Counted from the first letter of the stretch, positions 30,443-41,502 are shown. The stretch is DNA of 64,000 nt from an uncultured Clostridia bacterium (GCA_944388735.1 CALXJX010000003.1:9111-73110), one strand, 5' to 3'. Program-made: numbers and translations. Notes: generated by a model not told the origin, from the letters alone.

Positions 30443-30653
30443 ACACGAGTTCAGTGGTCTATGATAAATATGATTTCTTTCATTGTCTTCTCGGCTTGTT
30501 CCATAGGTTATAAATTCTAAGCTTAAAATAACCGAGCCTCTTGTTAATCACGCTTCCTCAGTTATTTTAAGCTAAGAATTTATACACCTATTCCACGGCA
30601 CATTCGAATCCAATTCAAGAAATCATATTTATCATAGACCACTGAACTCGTAC
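30443..30653 (+). mobile_element. Family-A element, copy A5
   Basis: The arms are acgagttcagtggtctatgataaatatgatttctt and its reverse complement. The core is conserved. Confidence 0.8.
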
Positions 30654-30740
30654 AAATACATTATACAGTAATCATTTTAGTTAATATTAAACTAAATAGT
30701 ACATAAAAGGAAAAATTTACATATAAATTGAAAAAATGTA

Positions 30741-30769
30741 TTGACAACTGAAACTTATAATGTTATATT
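30741..30769 (+). promoter_or_regulatory. Sigma-A-type promoter TTGACA-N17-TATATT with an extended -10 TG
   Basis: TTGACA is at 30741-30746 and tgtTATATT at 30761-30769, upstream of the XRE gene. Confidence 0.5.
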
Positions 30770-30792
30770 TACCATGAAAGGAAGGCGATAGT

Positions 30793-31122
30793 ATGGAGAT
30801 AGATTATGAAATAATTGGAGAAAGAATAAAAACAGAGAGACTAAAGAAAAAAATAACACAAGTTGAATTAGCAGAAATGATAGATGTAAGTGTTGTATAT
30901 TTAAGCAGAGTTGAAAGAGGAAGTACACGTATTAATTTAAAAAGACTGATAGAAATATGTAATGTACTAGAAATAACACCAGGAGAGATATTGCAAGGTA
31001 CTTCACCAGATACAAATACTTATTTAAGTAGAGATTTTTCTCAAATATTAGAAAATTGTGGAAGAGAAAAACAAAAGCTAATTTATGAGATTGCGAAATT
31101 AGTCGAACAAGTGAATATTTAA
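30793..31122 (+). CDS. XRE-family helix-turn-helix transcriptional regulator
   Basis: 109 aa with the HTH ITQVELAEMIDVSVVYLSRVERG. Confidence 0.85.
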   Translation: MEIDYEIIGERIKTERLKKKITQVELAEMIDVSVVYLSRVERGSTRINLKRLIEICNVLEITPGEILQGTSPDTNTYLSRDFSQILENCGREKQKLIYEIAKLVEQVNI

Positions 31123-31133
31123 TATAAATTTAA

Positions 31134-31333
31134 TATTTCTCGGTGAGTTGTGATATTATCATTTTTGTTATCTCCTCGGCTTGCTCCATAGATTATAAAT
31201 TCTAAGCTTAAAATAACCGAGCCTCTCGTTGATCACGCTTCCTCAGTTATTTTAAGCTAAGAATTTATACATCTATTACACGTCACATTCGTCGATAACT
31301 TCAAATGATAATATCACAACTCACCGAGAAATA
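31134..31333 (+). mobile_element. Family-A element, copy A6 (divergent arms)
   Basis: The conserved core is flanked by unrelated but perfectly complementary arms: tatttctcggtgagttgtgatattatcattt and aaatgataatatcacaactcaccgagaaata. Confidence 0.8.
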
Positions 31334-31464
31334 CAGAATTTAAAAGAAATATAAGGTCTTTACAAAAAGCAAAAAATAGTATAAACTAAGACTGTGGCTA
31401 AATAGAAATATCTACTTAGCCATAAAAATTAACATGCTACTAGCATGGACAAAGGTGATAATAA

Positions 31465-34400
31465 ATGTATTTAAAAAGACTAGAATTACAAGGATTTAAA
31501 TCATTCGCAGACAAAACAATATTAGAATTTATGCCAGGAATAACAAGTGTAATAGGACCAAATGGCTCAGGAAAAAGTAATATATCAGATGCAATAAGAT
31601 GGGTCTTAGGAGAGCAAAGTATGAAATCATTAAGAGGAACAAAATCTATGGACATCATCTTTGCTGGAACACAAAATAGAAAATCATTAGGATTTGCAGA
31701 AGCATCATTAGTATTTGACAACAGTGATGGAGCACTTCCAATAGAATATACAGAAGTAACTGTAACAAGAAAAATATATAGAAGTGGAGAAACAGGATAT
31801 TATATAAATAAAGTACCATGTCGATTAAAAGATGTTTTAGAATTATTTATGGACACAGGAATAGGAAAAGACGGATACTCTATAATCGGACAAGGAAAAA
31901 TAGATGAAATATTAAGTAATAAATCAGAAGACAGAAGGCACATATTTGAAGAAGCAGCAGGAATAGTAAAATACAGAGTAAGAAAAGAAGAGAGTGAAAA
32001 AAAATTAGAACATACTAAAATAAATCTACTTAGAATTAATGATATATTAGCAGAAATAGAAACAAATATAGAACCTCTAAAAATACAATCAGAAAAAGCG
32101 AAACAATATCTAAACTTAAGAGAAGAACTAAAAGGAATTGAAATAGGATTATTTTTACACAATATTGAAAAATACAAAGAAAGTTTAGAAGAGATAGTAA
32201 AAGACGAAGAAATATATAAAAATCAATGTAATGAAGAAGAGGGAAGATTAGAGAGAATAAAAATACTAAAAGAAGAATTAAAAACACAAATAGACGAAAT
32301 TACATTAAAAATTGAGGAAATGTCTAACATTGGATTTGAAAGCCAAAAAGAGATAGAAATGTTGAATTCAGATATTAATGTAGCTAACACAAGAATTTTA
32401 AATAATAAAGAAAACAAAGAACGATTTGAAAAAGAAACTAATGAATTGAAAGAAAAGATAAAAGAACTAACTGAAGAAATAAAGCAAAAGCAGGAAAAGA
32501 AAGATAATTTAAAACAAAATAGAGAAAAATTTGCAAAAGAATTAGAAGAAAAAGAAAAAGAATTAGCCGAAATAACAAAGAAATTATCATCAAAAGAACT
32601 AGAAATAGAAGGCTATAAACAAAAAGTAGAACAAAATACAGACAAAAGATATGAATTGCAATCTGAAATACACACACAAGAAATAAATTATGATAATTAT
32701 GAAAAAAGACAAAAGCAACTTAAACAAGAAATAGCATCAAATGTTTCAGAACTAGATGCAACAAGATTAAGAAAAGATGAAATATCAAGAGAGTTCTACG
32801 AAATTGAAAGTAAAAGAAATAAAACAATATTGGCTTTAAATCAAATAAATAAGGAAAAAGAAGAAGCAAACAAAAAAATAGAAAATTTTGAAAAAAATAT
32901 CAACTCATTAACAGGAGAAATGAGAATAAAAGAATCCAGATTAAAATTTTTAATCGAAACAGAAAAAGAAAAAGAAGGATATATTCAAAGTGTAAAAGCT
33001 TTATTGAAAGACTGTGAAAATGTAAAAGAATTAGGAAAAGGAATGCACGGAGTTTTAGCAAATATAATAGAGGTACCAGAAGAATATCAAACAGCAATAG
33101 AAATGTGCTTAGGTGCAAGTCTTCAAAACATAGTTACCGAAACAGAAGAAGATGCCAAGAGATTAGTTGATTATTTAAGAAAAAATAATTTAGGAAGAGC
33201 CTCTTTTCTACCTATAACATCTGTCAAAGGAAGAAAACTAGACAAAATAAAAGGAAAAGAAAATGGAGTTGTAGGTATTGCATCTGATCTAATTAAATTC
33301 GATAAAAAATACGAACAAATAATTTTAAATTTATTAGGAAGAACAGTAATTGTAAACAATATGGAAAATGCTATAAAAGTAGCAAAGCAGAATAGTTATA
33401 CTTTTAGAATAATAACCCTAGAAGGTGATTTAATAAACCCATCAGGAATGATAACAGGAGGTTCAGTTGCAAAGAAAACTGTAAACATTTTAGGTAGAGG
33501 AAGAGAAATCGAAAAATTACAAAAAGAAATAAAAGCAATAACAGAAAAGATTGAAAATTTACAAAGAGAAAAAGAAGAGTATGAACAATCAATAGAAGGA
33601 ACAATAGAGGCATCAATGAGTCTAGAAAAAGAATTACAAGAAATCGATATTAAATATGCAACAGAAAAACAAAAAATTATTGCTATAGATGAAAATATTC
33701 AAAAAATAGAAACTAGGTTAAATAAATTAAAAGAGGAACAACAGTCGCTTGAAAATAAAAAACAAGAGGCGATTGAATATAAGGAAAAAGTAAAAGAACA
33801 GATACAAATATTGCAAGAAGAAACAGAAAAACTAACAAAAGTAATATCAGAATTTGCGGAGTTAAACAAAGATAATCAAAAATATGTTGATGACCTAAAT
33901 TTTGATATTACAAATTTAAAAATATCAGTTTCATCATTTGATGAAAGCGAAACTTCTATACAAGAAATGGAAGAAAGAATTAATTTAGATATTGAAAATA
34001 CTAATAAAAGTATAGATAATAAGAAAAATCAGATAGAACAAATTATGCAAGACAATTTTAATTTAGAGCAATCAATAGAAGAAACTAAGCAAAGAATCGA
34101 AAAAATAAAAGAAGAAGTAAATATGAGTGGTTCAAAAATAGAACAATTAAAGAAAGAAAGAATAGAAAAAAATGAAAAGTTAGCTGGACAAGAAGAATTG
34201 ATAAATCAAAAGTTTAGTTTAATAGAAGAACTAAAATCACAAATTGTAAAAGTAGATGTTAAGAAAACAAAACTAGAAGAAGATATCCAACAAATTATTA
34301 ATAAAATGTGGGAAGAATATGAACTAACACCAAACAATGTTGGAGAATATAAAAAACCAGAAAATGTTGCTACAACACAAAAACGAGTTAATCAATTAAG

Positions 34401-35019
34401 AAAAGACATAAGAGAATTAGGAAGTGTTAATATTGATTCAATAGAAGAATATAAAACATTAAAAGAACGTTATGACTTTATGTGTGAACAAAGAGTGGAT
34501 TTAGAAGATACTATGTCAAAATTAAGAAAAGTTATAACAGATATGACGAGTATTATGAAAGAACAATTTAAGGAAAAATTTGAGCTTATAAATAAAAACT
34601 TTTCAGAAGTATTCAAAGAATTATTTGGTGGAGGAAATGCAAAATTAACATTAGCAGATGAAGAAAATATACTTGAATCTGGAATAGAAATTACTGTGCA
34701 ACCACCAGGAAAAAAATTGCAAAATATGATGTTATTATCAGGAGGAGAGAAGGCCTTTACTGCAATAGCATTATTATTTGCAATACTAAAAATTAATCCC
34801 GCACCATTTTGTGTACTAGATGAAATTGAAGCAGCATTAGATGATGTTAATGTTTATAGATATGCAGAATATTTAAAGAAATTTGCTAAAGATACACAGT
34901 TTTTAGTAATTACACACAGAAAGGGAACAATGGAAGTAGCAGATACAGTATATGGTGTAACTATGGAGGAAAATGGAATTTCTAAATTACTTTCTATGAA
35001 ATTAGGACAAATGGAATAA
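31465..35019 (+). CDS. smc: Chromosome segregation protein SMC
   Basis: 1184 aa. It has Walker A GPNGSGKSN, long coiled coils with a hinge, the signature LSGGEKA and Walker B FCVLDEIEAALD. Confidence 0.95.
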   Translation: MYLKRLELQGFKSFADKTILEFMPGITSVIGPNGSGKSNISDAIRWVLGEQSMKSLRGTKSMDIIFAGTQNRKSLGFAEASLVFDNSDGALPIEYTEVTVTRKIYRSGETGYYINKVPCRLKDVLELFMDTGIGKDGYSIIGQGKIDEILSNKSEDRRHIFEEAAGIVKYRVRKEESEKKLEHTKINLLRINDILAEIETNIEPLKIQSEKAKQYLNLREELKGIEIGLFLHNIEKYKESLEEIVKDEEIYKNQCNEEEGRLERIKILKEELKTQIDEITLKIEEMSNIGFESQKEIEMLNSDINVANTRILNNKENKERFEKETNELKEKIKELTEEIKQKQEKKDNLKQNREKFAKELEEKEKELAEITKKLSSKELEIEGYKQKVEQNTDKRYELQSEIHTQEINYDNYEKRQKQLKQEIASNVSELDATRLRKDEISREFYEIESKRNKTILALNQINKEKEEANKKIENFEKNINSLTGEMRIKESRLKFLIETEKEKEGYIQSVKALLKDCENVKELGKGMHGVLANIIEVPEEYQTAIEMCLGASLQNIVTETEEDAKRLVDYLRKNNLGRASFLPITSVKGRKLDKIKGKENGVVGIASDLIKFDKKYEQIILNLLGRTVIVNNMENAIKVAKQNSYTFRIITLEGDLINPSGMITGGSVAKKTVNILGRGREIEKLQKEIKAITEKIENLQREKEEYEQSIEGTIEASMSLEKELQEIDIKYATEKQKIIAIDENIQKIETRLNKLKEEQQSLENKKQEAIEYKEKVKEQIQILQEETEKLTKVISEFAELNKDNQKYVDDLNFDITNLKISVSSFDESETSIQEMEERINLDIENTNKSIDNKKNQIEQIMQDNFNLEQSIEETKQRIEKIKEEVNMSGSKIEQLKKERIEKNEKLAGQEELINQKFSLIEELKSQIVKVDVKKTKLEEDIQQIINKMWEEYELTPNNVGEYKKPENVATTQKRVNQLRKDIRELGSVNIDSIEEYKTLKERYDFMCEQRVDLEDTMSKLRKVITDMTSIMKEQFKEKFELINKNFSEVFKELFGGGNAKLTLADEENILESGIEITVQPPGKKLQNMMLLSGGEKAFTAIALLFAILKINPAPFCVLDEIEAALDDVNVYRYAEYLKKFAKDTQFLVITHRKGTMEVADTVYGVTMEENGISKLLSMKLGQME

Positions 35020-35113
35020 AAAAGTACAAGCCACATATAATTTAATAAATTAAGATGAAGATGTAAAACATTAAAAACTTAATTTAATAATCAATACAAA
35101 GGAGGATTTTTAT

Positions 35114-37723
35114 ATGTGGCAAACACTAAGCAAAGAAGAGACTCTAAGAAACCTAAAGAGTAATGAAAAGAAAGGTTTAAGCAAAGATGAAGTAGAAAAA
35201 AGATCTATTAAATATGGAAAAAACAAATTAAAAGACAAGCCTAAAGAGAGTCTAATAATCAAATTTTTAAAACAATTTAATGATTTTATGATTATAATTT
35301 TAATAATAGCATCAATTATTTCTGCAGTAATATCCAATATACAGGGAGAAAATGATTATATTGATTCTATAATAATTATAGCTATTGTCATACTAAATGC
35401 AATTATGGGAGTTATTCAAGAAGCAAAAGCTGAAAAATCAATAGAAGCTCTGCAACAAATGACACCTCCAAAAGCAAAAGTTTTAAGAGATGGAGTGACC
35501 ACAGAGATAAATGCAGAAGAATTAGTGCCAGGAGATATTATAATTTTAGAAGCTGGAAACTATGTGCCAGCAGATTGTAGGTTATTAGAAAGTTTCAATT
35601 TAAAAATAGAAGAATCTAGTTTAACAGGAGAAAATGAGCCAGTCTTAAAAGATGCGAATATTGTTTGTGGAAAAGATATTCCATTAGGAGACATGTTAAA
35701 TGTGGCTTTTATGGCAAGTATAGTAGTAAATGGTCATGGTAAAGCAATAGTAACTGAGACAGGAATGAATACTAAAGTCGGACAAATTGCCAATATGATG
35801 ATAGAAAACGACTCTCCAGAAACTCCAATTCAACGAAAATTAGGGCAAGTTGGAAAAATATTAGGAATAATATGTTTAGCTATATGTTTTATTATATTTG
35901 TAATTGGTCTTATAAAAAATATAGAGCCAATGGAAATGTTTATGACATCAGTAGGGTTAGCAGTAGCAGCAATTCCAGAAGGGCTCCCAGCAATTGTTAC
36001 TATTATGCTTTCAATAGGTGTAACAAAAATGGCTAAGAAAAATAGCATAATCAGAAAATTACCAGCGGTAGAAACGCTGGGAAGTAGCAATGTAATATGT
36101 TCTGATAAAACAGGAACATTAACGCAAAATAAAATGAAAGTTGTAGAGGTAAGAGCTAAAAGTCCAAGCCTAGCAATTGAATTAGCAACTATGTGTACAG
36201 ATAGCGATGTTTTATATCAAAATGAAAAAATTCAAGTAACAGGAGAGCCAACAGAAGTTGCTATAGTAGACAAAGCAATACAGGAAGGAAAAAATAAAAA
36301 TGATTTATACAATCAAATGCCAAGAATTAGTGAAATACCATTTGATTCAAATAGAAAAATGATGACAACGATACATAAATATGGAAACAAATATAGAGTA
36401 ATTACAAAAGGAGCTCCAGATGTATTACTAGATAAGTGTATACATGTAGATAAGAATATAGTGCAAAAAGAAAATTTACAGATGGCTAATAAAGCTTTAA
36501 GAGTAATTGCAGTAGGCTATAAAGACATAGATATATTGCCAACAAAAATAAATTCAGATACAATAGAAAAAGACTTGAACTTTATAGGTTTGATTGGAAT
36601 GATAGATCCACCAAGAGAGGGAGTAAAAGAAGCAGTAAAAACATGCAAAAAAGCTGGAATAAAAACAGTAATGATAACAGGAGACCATATTGCAACGGCA
36701 AAGGCAATTGCTAAAGATATAGGTATCTTAGGAATAAATGATAAAGCGATAACAGGAAAAGAATTAGACGAAATACCTCAAGAAAAATTAGAAAAAGAAA
36801 TAAAAAATTATTCTGTTTTTGCAAGAGTAACACCACAACATAAGGTTAGAATCGTAAAAGCATGGCAAAGGACAGGAGCAGTGGTAGCTATGACAGGAGA
36901 TGGAGTAAATGATAGTCCTGCGTTAAAGAATGCAGATATTGGAATTGCTATGGGTAAGAATGGGACAGATGTAGCGAAAAATGCAGCAGATATGGTTTTA
37001 ACAGATGACAATTTTGTGACGATTGTAGAAGCTGTAAAACAAGGAAGAAACATATATGATAACATTAGAAAGGCTATTCATTTTTTAATAGCTACAAATA
37101 TTGGTGAAATTGTAACTATTTTTATGGGATTAGTATTAGGATTAAAATCACCTTTACTTGCTATTCAATTATTATGGGTTAACCTAGTAACAGATTCTTT
37201 ACCAGCTATAGCATTAGGATTAGAACCACCAGAAAAAGATATTATGAATAGAAAGCCAACTGATAACAGAAAAGGAATTTTTGCAGATGGTTTATGGAAT
37301 AAAATTATAGTAGAAGGTATTATGATAGGTATGCTTACATTAGTGGCATTTAGTATTGGAAATAAATATTATGGAGTGGAAGTTGGAAGAACAATGGCTT
37401 TTGTTGCAATAGGAATATTAGAACTTATCCACAGTTTTAATATAAAAAGTGAACAGTCTATATTTAAAACTGTTTTTTTAGAGAATAAATTTTTAATAGG
37501 TAGTTTTATACTAGGTATATTTGTACAAATTATTGTGGTAATTATACCTGCTCTAGCTGAGATATTTAAATTGGTTCCTTTAAATCAAACTCAATGGATT
37601 ATTACATTAATAATTAGTATATTACCTATCCCTATTATGGAGTTACAAAAGAAAGTGAATGAAATGAAGTTTGTAAAAGTTATAGGAAAAGATCACAAAG
37701 TGCAACAATTCAGAAGTCAATGA
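35114..37723 (+). CDS. P-type Ca2+-transporting ATPase (P2A, YloB-like)
   Basis: 869 aa. Motifs are CSDKTGTLTQN, MITGDHIATA and TGDGVNDSPALK. The last ~7 codons and the stop lie inside repeat A7. Confidence 0.9.
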   Translation: MWQTLSKEETLRNLKSNEKKGLSKDEVEKRSIKYGKNKLKDKPKESLIIKFLKQFNDFMIIILIIASIISAVISNIQGENDYIDSIIIIAIVILNAIMGVIQEAKAEKSIEALQQMTPPKAKVLRDGVTTEINAEELVPGDIIILEAGNYVPADCRLLESFNLKIEESSLTGENEPVLKDANIVCGKDIPLGDMLNVAFMASIVVNGHGKAIVTETGMNTKVGQIANMMIENDSPETPIQRKLGQVGKILGIICLAICFIIFVIGLIKNIEPMEMFMTSVGLAVAAIPEGLPAIVTIMLSIGVTKMAKKNSIIRKLPAVETLGSSNVICSDKTGTLTQNKMKVVEVRAKSPSLAIELATMCTDSDVLYQNEKIQVTGEPTEVAIVDKAIQEGKNKNDLYNQMPRISEIPFDSNRKMMTTIHKYGNKYRVITKGAPDVLLDKCIHVDKNIVQKENLQMANKALRVIAVGYKDIDILPTKINSDTIEKDLNFIGLIGMIDPPREGVKEAVKTCKKAGIKTVMITGDHIATAKAIAKDIGILGINDKAITGKELDEIPQEKLEKEIKNYSVFARVTPQHKVRIVKAWQRTGAVVAMTGDGVNDSPALKNADIGIAMGKNGTDVAKNAADMVLTDDNFVTIVEAVKQGRNIYDNIRKAIHFLIATNIGEIVTIFMGLVLGLKSPLLAIQLLWVNLVTDSLPAIALGLEPPEKDIMNRKPTDNRKGIFADGLWNKIIVEGIMIGMLTLVAFSIGNKYYGVEVGRTMAFVAIGILELIHSFNIKSEQSIFKTVFLENKFLIGSFILGIFVQIIVVIIPALAEIFKLVPLNQTQWIITLIISILPIPIMELQKKVNEMKFVKVIGKDHKVQQFRSQ

Positions 37724-37915
37724 AGGAAGAATGATTTCTTTCAAAATCTTCTCGGCTTGCTCCATAGATTATAAATTCTAAGCTTAAAATAACCGAGCCT
37801 CTCGTTAATCACGCTTCCTCAGTTATTTTAAGCAAAGAATTTATACATCTATTCCACGGCACATTCGAAGCTTTTTCAAGAAATCATTCTTCCTTCATTG
37901 ACCTTTGAATTGTTG
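37703..37915 (+). mobile_element. Family-A element, copy A7
   Basis: The arms are caacaattcagaagtcaatgaaggaagaatgatttctt and its reverse complement, with 2 mismatches. The core is 95+% identical to A2. Confidence 0.8.
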
Positions 37916-38100
37916 TTACCACAAATTATCTGAATTTCAAAAAAATACTTGATAAATAGCAAAATATATGATAAAATAGCTATGTTTTAAAAGAGACGTA
38001 GCTATTTTTATGAAAAATCAATAAGAATAAAAATAGAAAATCTTTTAAAATCTCTACTTACAGAAAATGTAGGTTAAAAATCCAAAGGGAGGTGAAATCA

Positions 38101-38385
38101 ATGAATAAATACGAAAGTATTATCATTGTTAATCCAAATGTAGATGAAGAAGGAATAAAAGCCTTAGAAGAAAAATTTACAGGATTAATAAATGAAAATG
38201 GAAAAGTAGAATCTGTAGAAAACATGGGAAAAAGAACATTAGCTTATGAAATTTCTAAATGCAAAGAAGGAACATATATATTATTTAATTTCGAAGCAAA
38301 ACCAGAGTTAGTTGCAGAATTAGAAAGAAACTATAGAATTACAGATAGTATTTTAAAATTCATAACAGTAAAAAAAGAAGCATAA
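38101..38385 (+). CDS. rpsF: 30S ribosomal protein S6
   Basis: Begins MNKYESIIIVNP... with RBS AGGGAGGTG. It sits in the rpsF-ssb-rpsR gene order. Confidence 0.9.
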   Translation: MNKYESIIIVNPNVDEEGIKALEEKFTGLINENGKVESVENMGKRTLAYEISKCKEGTYILFNFEAKPELVAELERNYRITDSILKFITVKKEA

Positions 38386-38441
38386 TAAAAAAATTAAATA
38401 AAGAAGGGGCCTTTATTAAAAGTAAAGAAAGGTGATAAAAA

Positions 38442-38870
38442 ATGAACAAAGTAATATTAATGGGAAGACTTACAAGAGACCCAGAAACAAGATATACACA
38501 AACAAATAATACACTAGTATCTTCATTCAGCTTAGCAGTAAACAGAAGATTTGTTAGACAAGGAGAAGAAAGACAAGCAGACTTTATAAATATAGTAGCA
38601 TGGAGTAAACTAGGAGAATTTTGTAGTAAATACTTTAAGAAAGGTCAACAAGTAGGTATCATTGGAAGAATTCAAACAAGAACTTGGGACGATGACCAAG
38701 GAACAAAACATTATGTAACAGAAGTAATAGCAGAAGAAGCATATTTTGCAGATAGCAAAAAAGATGGTGAAACAGCAGGAAATACATTTGAAAATACATT
38801 TGGAAATACAGCACCAGGAAATATGGGAAGCGATTTTGAAATGTCTTCAAATGATGACTTACCATTTTAA
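38442..38870 (+). CDS. ssb: Single-stranded DNA-binding protein
   Basis: It has an OB fold starting [15 protein letters not shown], a Gly/Asn-rich linker and an acidic tail DDLPF. Confidence 0.95.
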   Translation: MNKVILMGRLTRDPETRYTQTNNTLVSSFSLAVNRRFVRQGEERQADFINIVAWSKLGEFCSKYFKKGQQVGIIGRIQTRTWDDDQGTKHYVTEVIAEEAYFADSKKDGETAGNTFENTFGNTAPGNMGSDFEMSSNDDLPF

Positions 38871-38893
38871 TCGTGAGGAGGGAAAATAAGAAA

Positions 38894-39175
38894 ATGGCAG
38901 ACAAAAAACAAAATAAAAGAAATAATAACAAAAATTATGATGAAGATTATAATCCAAAATTTAGAAAACAAAGAAAAAAAGTTTGCGTATTATGCAGTGA
39001 CAAAAACTTTGTATTAGATTATAAAAATCCAGATCAATTAAAAAAATTCATCAATGATAAAGGTAAAATACTACCAAGAAGAACAACAGGAGCATGTGCT
39101 AAACATCAAAGAGATATTACAACAGCAATTAAGAGAGCAAGACACATCGCAATTTTACCATATACAAATAACTAA
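38894..39175 (+). CDS. rpsR: 30S ribosomal protein S18
   Basis: Contains [10 protein letters not shown]...[35 protein letters not shown] 38894 is preferred over GTG 38873. Confidence 0.9.
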   Translation: MADKKQNKRNNNKNYDEDYNPKFRKQRKKVCVLCSDKNFVLDYKNPDQLKKFINDKGKILPRRTTGACAKHQRDITTAIKRARHIAILPYTNN

Positions 39176-39201
39176 TAATAAAAATTTTAAACCGATAATG
39201 G

Positions 39202-39229
39202 AAACAGCTTGCTTAGAGCTGTTTTTTTT
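39202..39229 (+). terminator. Intrinsic terminator after rpsR
   Basis: aaacagct-tgcttag-agctgttt followed by a T run. Confidence 0.75.
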
Positions 39230-39265
39230 GTTGAATAGGAAAAATTGATTTTTCCTATTCAACAA
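39228..39265. repeat. Family-E hairpin, copy 2
   Basis: ttgttgaataggaaaaattgatttttcctattcaacaa, directly abutting a family-A half copy. Confidence 0.7.
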
Positions 39266-39273
39266 AAAAACAA

Positions 39274-39330
39274 TATTTATTCCACGGCACATTCGAAGAT
39301 TGCTCAAGAAATCATTTTTCCCCTTGTGGC
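39274..39330 (+). repeat. Family-A partial copy (A8, right arm only)
   Basis: tattccacggcacattcgaagattgctcaagaaatcatttttcccctt matches the A1 right arm. Confidence 0.6.
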
Positions 39331-39459
39331 TTATAAATGCTCATTTTTGAGTCTCCTCAATGTCCCAAAATGATATTTACAAAAGACAAAAAAAATAGTA
39401 AAATAATACCATAAAAACTTAATTAGACTAATATATTGCGAAAGGAGTAATAATAAAAC

Positions 39460-40695
39460 ATGAAACAAGAAATATTAGAACTATCAAAAGAAATAGAAAA
39501 AGAAATTAAACATATAACAGAAAAAATTGATCACATTTGCGAAAAAAACAGTGAAAAAGTACTAAAAGCATTTCAAGAATGTAACTTGCAAGAAACACAC
39601 TTATATTCATCAACAGGATATGGAATAGATGAACCAGGAAGAAACAAAATTGAGGAAATATATGCAACAATTTTTAAAGCAGAAGATGCACTAGTTAGAA
39701 CACAACTAATATCAGGAACACACGCTCTAGCAGTTACACTATTTGCTTTACTAAGACCAAATGAGACAATGTTAAGCATTTCGGGAGAACCGTATGATAC
39801 TTTACAAACTGTTATTGGAATAGGAAAAGAAGTAAGTAAGAGTTCATTAAAATCATTTAATATTAATTATGAACAAATAGAATTAAAAAACAATGATTTT
39901 GATATACCAAAAATCAAAGAGAGACTACAAAAGAAAGATATCAAGTTAGTAGAAATTCAAAGGTCTAGGGGATATTCTACAAGGAAAAGTTTAACAATTG
40001 AAAAGATAGAAAAAGTTATAAAAGCAATTAAAGAAGTTAATCACGAAGTTATTATAATGGTTGACAATTGCTATGGAGAATTTGTGGAAGATAGAGAACC
40101 AATAGAAGTTGGAGCAGATGTGGCAGTAGGATCACTAATGAAAAACCTAGGAGCAGGGATTGCTACAAGTGGAGCATATATTGTAGGAAAAAAAGATTTA
40201 ATAGAATTATGTGCAGAGAGATTGACTTCACCAGGCATAGGAAAAGAAATAGGTCCATCATTAAATCAAAATCCATTATTAATTAAAGGATTGTTTTTTG
40301 CACCAAGTGTTGTAGCAAGTAGTGTAAAAACAGCAATATTTGCAAGTAGAATACTTGCAAAATTAGGTTATGAAGTAGAGCCTAAATTTGATGAGGGAAG
40401 AACAGACATTGTTCAAACTATAAAATTAGGTAGCGAAGAAAAATTAATAAAATTTTGTCAAGGAATCCAAAAAGGTTCACCTATTGATTCTAATGTTATA
40501 CCATTTCCAAGTGATATGGGAGGATATGAAGATAAAGTTATTATGGCAGCAGGAACATTTACACAAGGCTCAACAATTGAACTTAGTTGTGACGGACCTA
40601 TAAGAGAGCCATATATTGCATATATGCAAGGAGGACTTACATATCAATATGGTAAACTAGGAATTCTAAAAGCAATTGAATATATGGAAAATTAA
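39460..40695 (+). CDS. PLP-dependent YnbB-family (aluminium-resistance / Cys-Met metabolism-like) protein
   Basis: 411 aa. The N-terminal pattern STGYGIDEPGRNKIEEIYATIFKAEDALVRTQLISGTHA is typical of YnbB. Confidence 0.7.
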   Translation: MKQEILELSKEIEKEIKHITEKIDHICEKNSEKVLKAFQECNLQETHLYSSTGYGIDEPGRNKIEEIYATIFKAEDALVRTQLISGTHALAVTLFALLRPNETMLSISGEPYDTLQTVIGIGKEVSKSSLKSFNINYEQIELKNNDFDIPKIKERLQKKDIKLVEIQRSRGYSTRKSLTIEKIEKVIKAIKEVNHEVIIMVDNCYGEFVEDREPIEVGADVAVGSLMKNLGAGIATSGAYIVGKKDLIELCAERLTSPGIGKEIGPSLNQNPLLIKGLFFAPSVVASSVKTAIFASRILAKLGYEVEPKFDEGRTDIVQTIKLGSEEKLIKFCQGIQKGSPIDSNVIPFPSDMGGYEDKVIMAAGTFTQGSTIELSCDGPIREPYIAYMQGGLTYQYGKLGILKAIEYMEN

Positions 40696-40842
40696 ATTTT
40701 ATATATAAATTCAAATAAAAATTAGATATTGTGGAAAAATGAAAATATGGAGAGATATAATTATTTGTTTAAAGAGAATGAATTGATATAAAATAAATTC
40801 TTTTATTACTTTAGCAAAAAAAGAAAAGATAGAAAGAAAGGA

Positions 40843-41502
40843 ATGAGTTTTAACATGGTAGTAATTATATTGTTAGTGTTAATTTTATTAGTAATTGTAT
40901 GTTTAATTATAGGTGGAAGTAGACAAAGAGCTGAAAACAGAAGAATAGAAAAAGAGAGAAAAGAATTAGAAAGAAATACTAAGAGAGAAATTAGGGAGAG
41001 AAAAAGAGAAAACAAGAGAACACAAAATCAATATATAGATTTATTCAAAAACCAAGATGAATTAGATGATTTAGAAGAGAATGAAAATGAGAAAAATACA
41101 GTAAAGAACAATGATATAGTTGATACAGAAGTGGAAAAAGAGGAACAAGAGAATATCGAGAAAATAGAAGAGAGCTATTTAGAGGAAGAATATTCAAAGG
41201 AAAAAAATAGCTTGGAAGAAAAAAGCGGTTTGAAAGAAAAAGAAAGTAAGGAAGAAAATAGCAATTCAAAAGAAATCGAAAAAGAAGATTTTGAAACCAG
41301 TAATCAAGAAGAAAATAGAGACTTAGAAAATAATGAACAAGAAAAAAATGATAAAACTGAGGAAAAAGAGATAGAAGGAATTACTAAAAAAGAAATAGAA
41401 AATCTTGGAGAATTTTATATTGACATAGAAGATGACTTAAAAAATGACGATAGTACAAAAAATCAAGAAGATAAAAAAGAAGAAAATGAAGACAAGAAAT
41501 AG
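40843..41502 (+). CDS. Hypothetical membrane-anchored E/K/N-rich low-complexity protein
   Basis: 219 aa with one N-terminal TM segment, then a highly charged low-complexity region. Confidence 0.5.
   Translation: MSFNMVVIILLVLILLVIVCLIIGGSRQRAENRRIEKERKELERNTKREIRERKRENKRTQNQYIDLFKNQDELDDLEENENEKNTVKNNDIVDTEVEKEEQENIEKIEESYLEEEYSKEKNSLEEKSGLKEKESKEENSNSKEIEKEDFETSNQEENRDLENNEQEKNDKTEEKEIEGITKKEIENLGEFYIDIEDDLKNDDSTKNQEDKKEENEDKK

Noticed and set aside
31440-33616. Multiple 60-125-aa minus-strand ORFs inside smc, and similar ones inside addB, mfd, leuS and the ATPase
   Set aside because: They are antisense to long conserved genes and are L/F/S-rich, as expected from AT-rich K/E-rich coding sequence. 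None has an RBS.
37949-37975. rpsF promoter (TTGATA-N15-TGATAAAAT) and the S6:S18-binding leader
   Set aside because: The 15-nt spacer is suboptimal, and I cannot verify the leader motif by eye. It is left uncalled.
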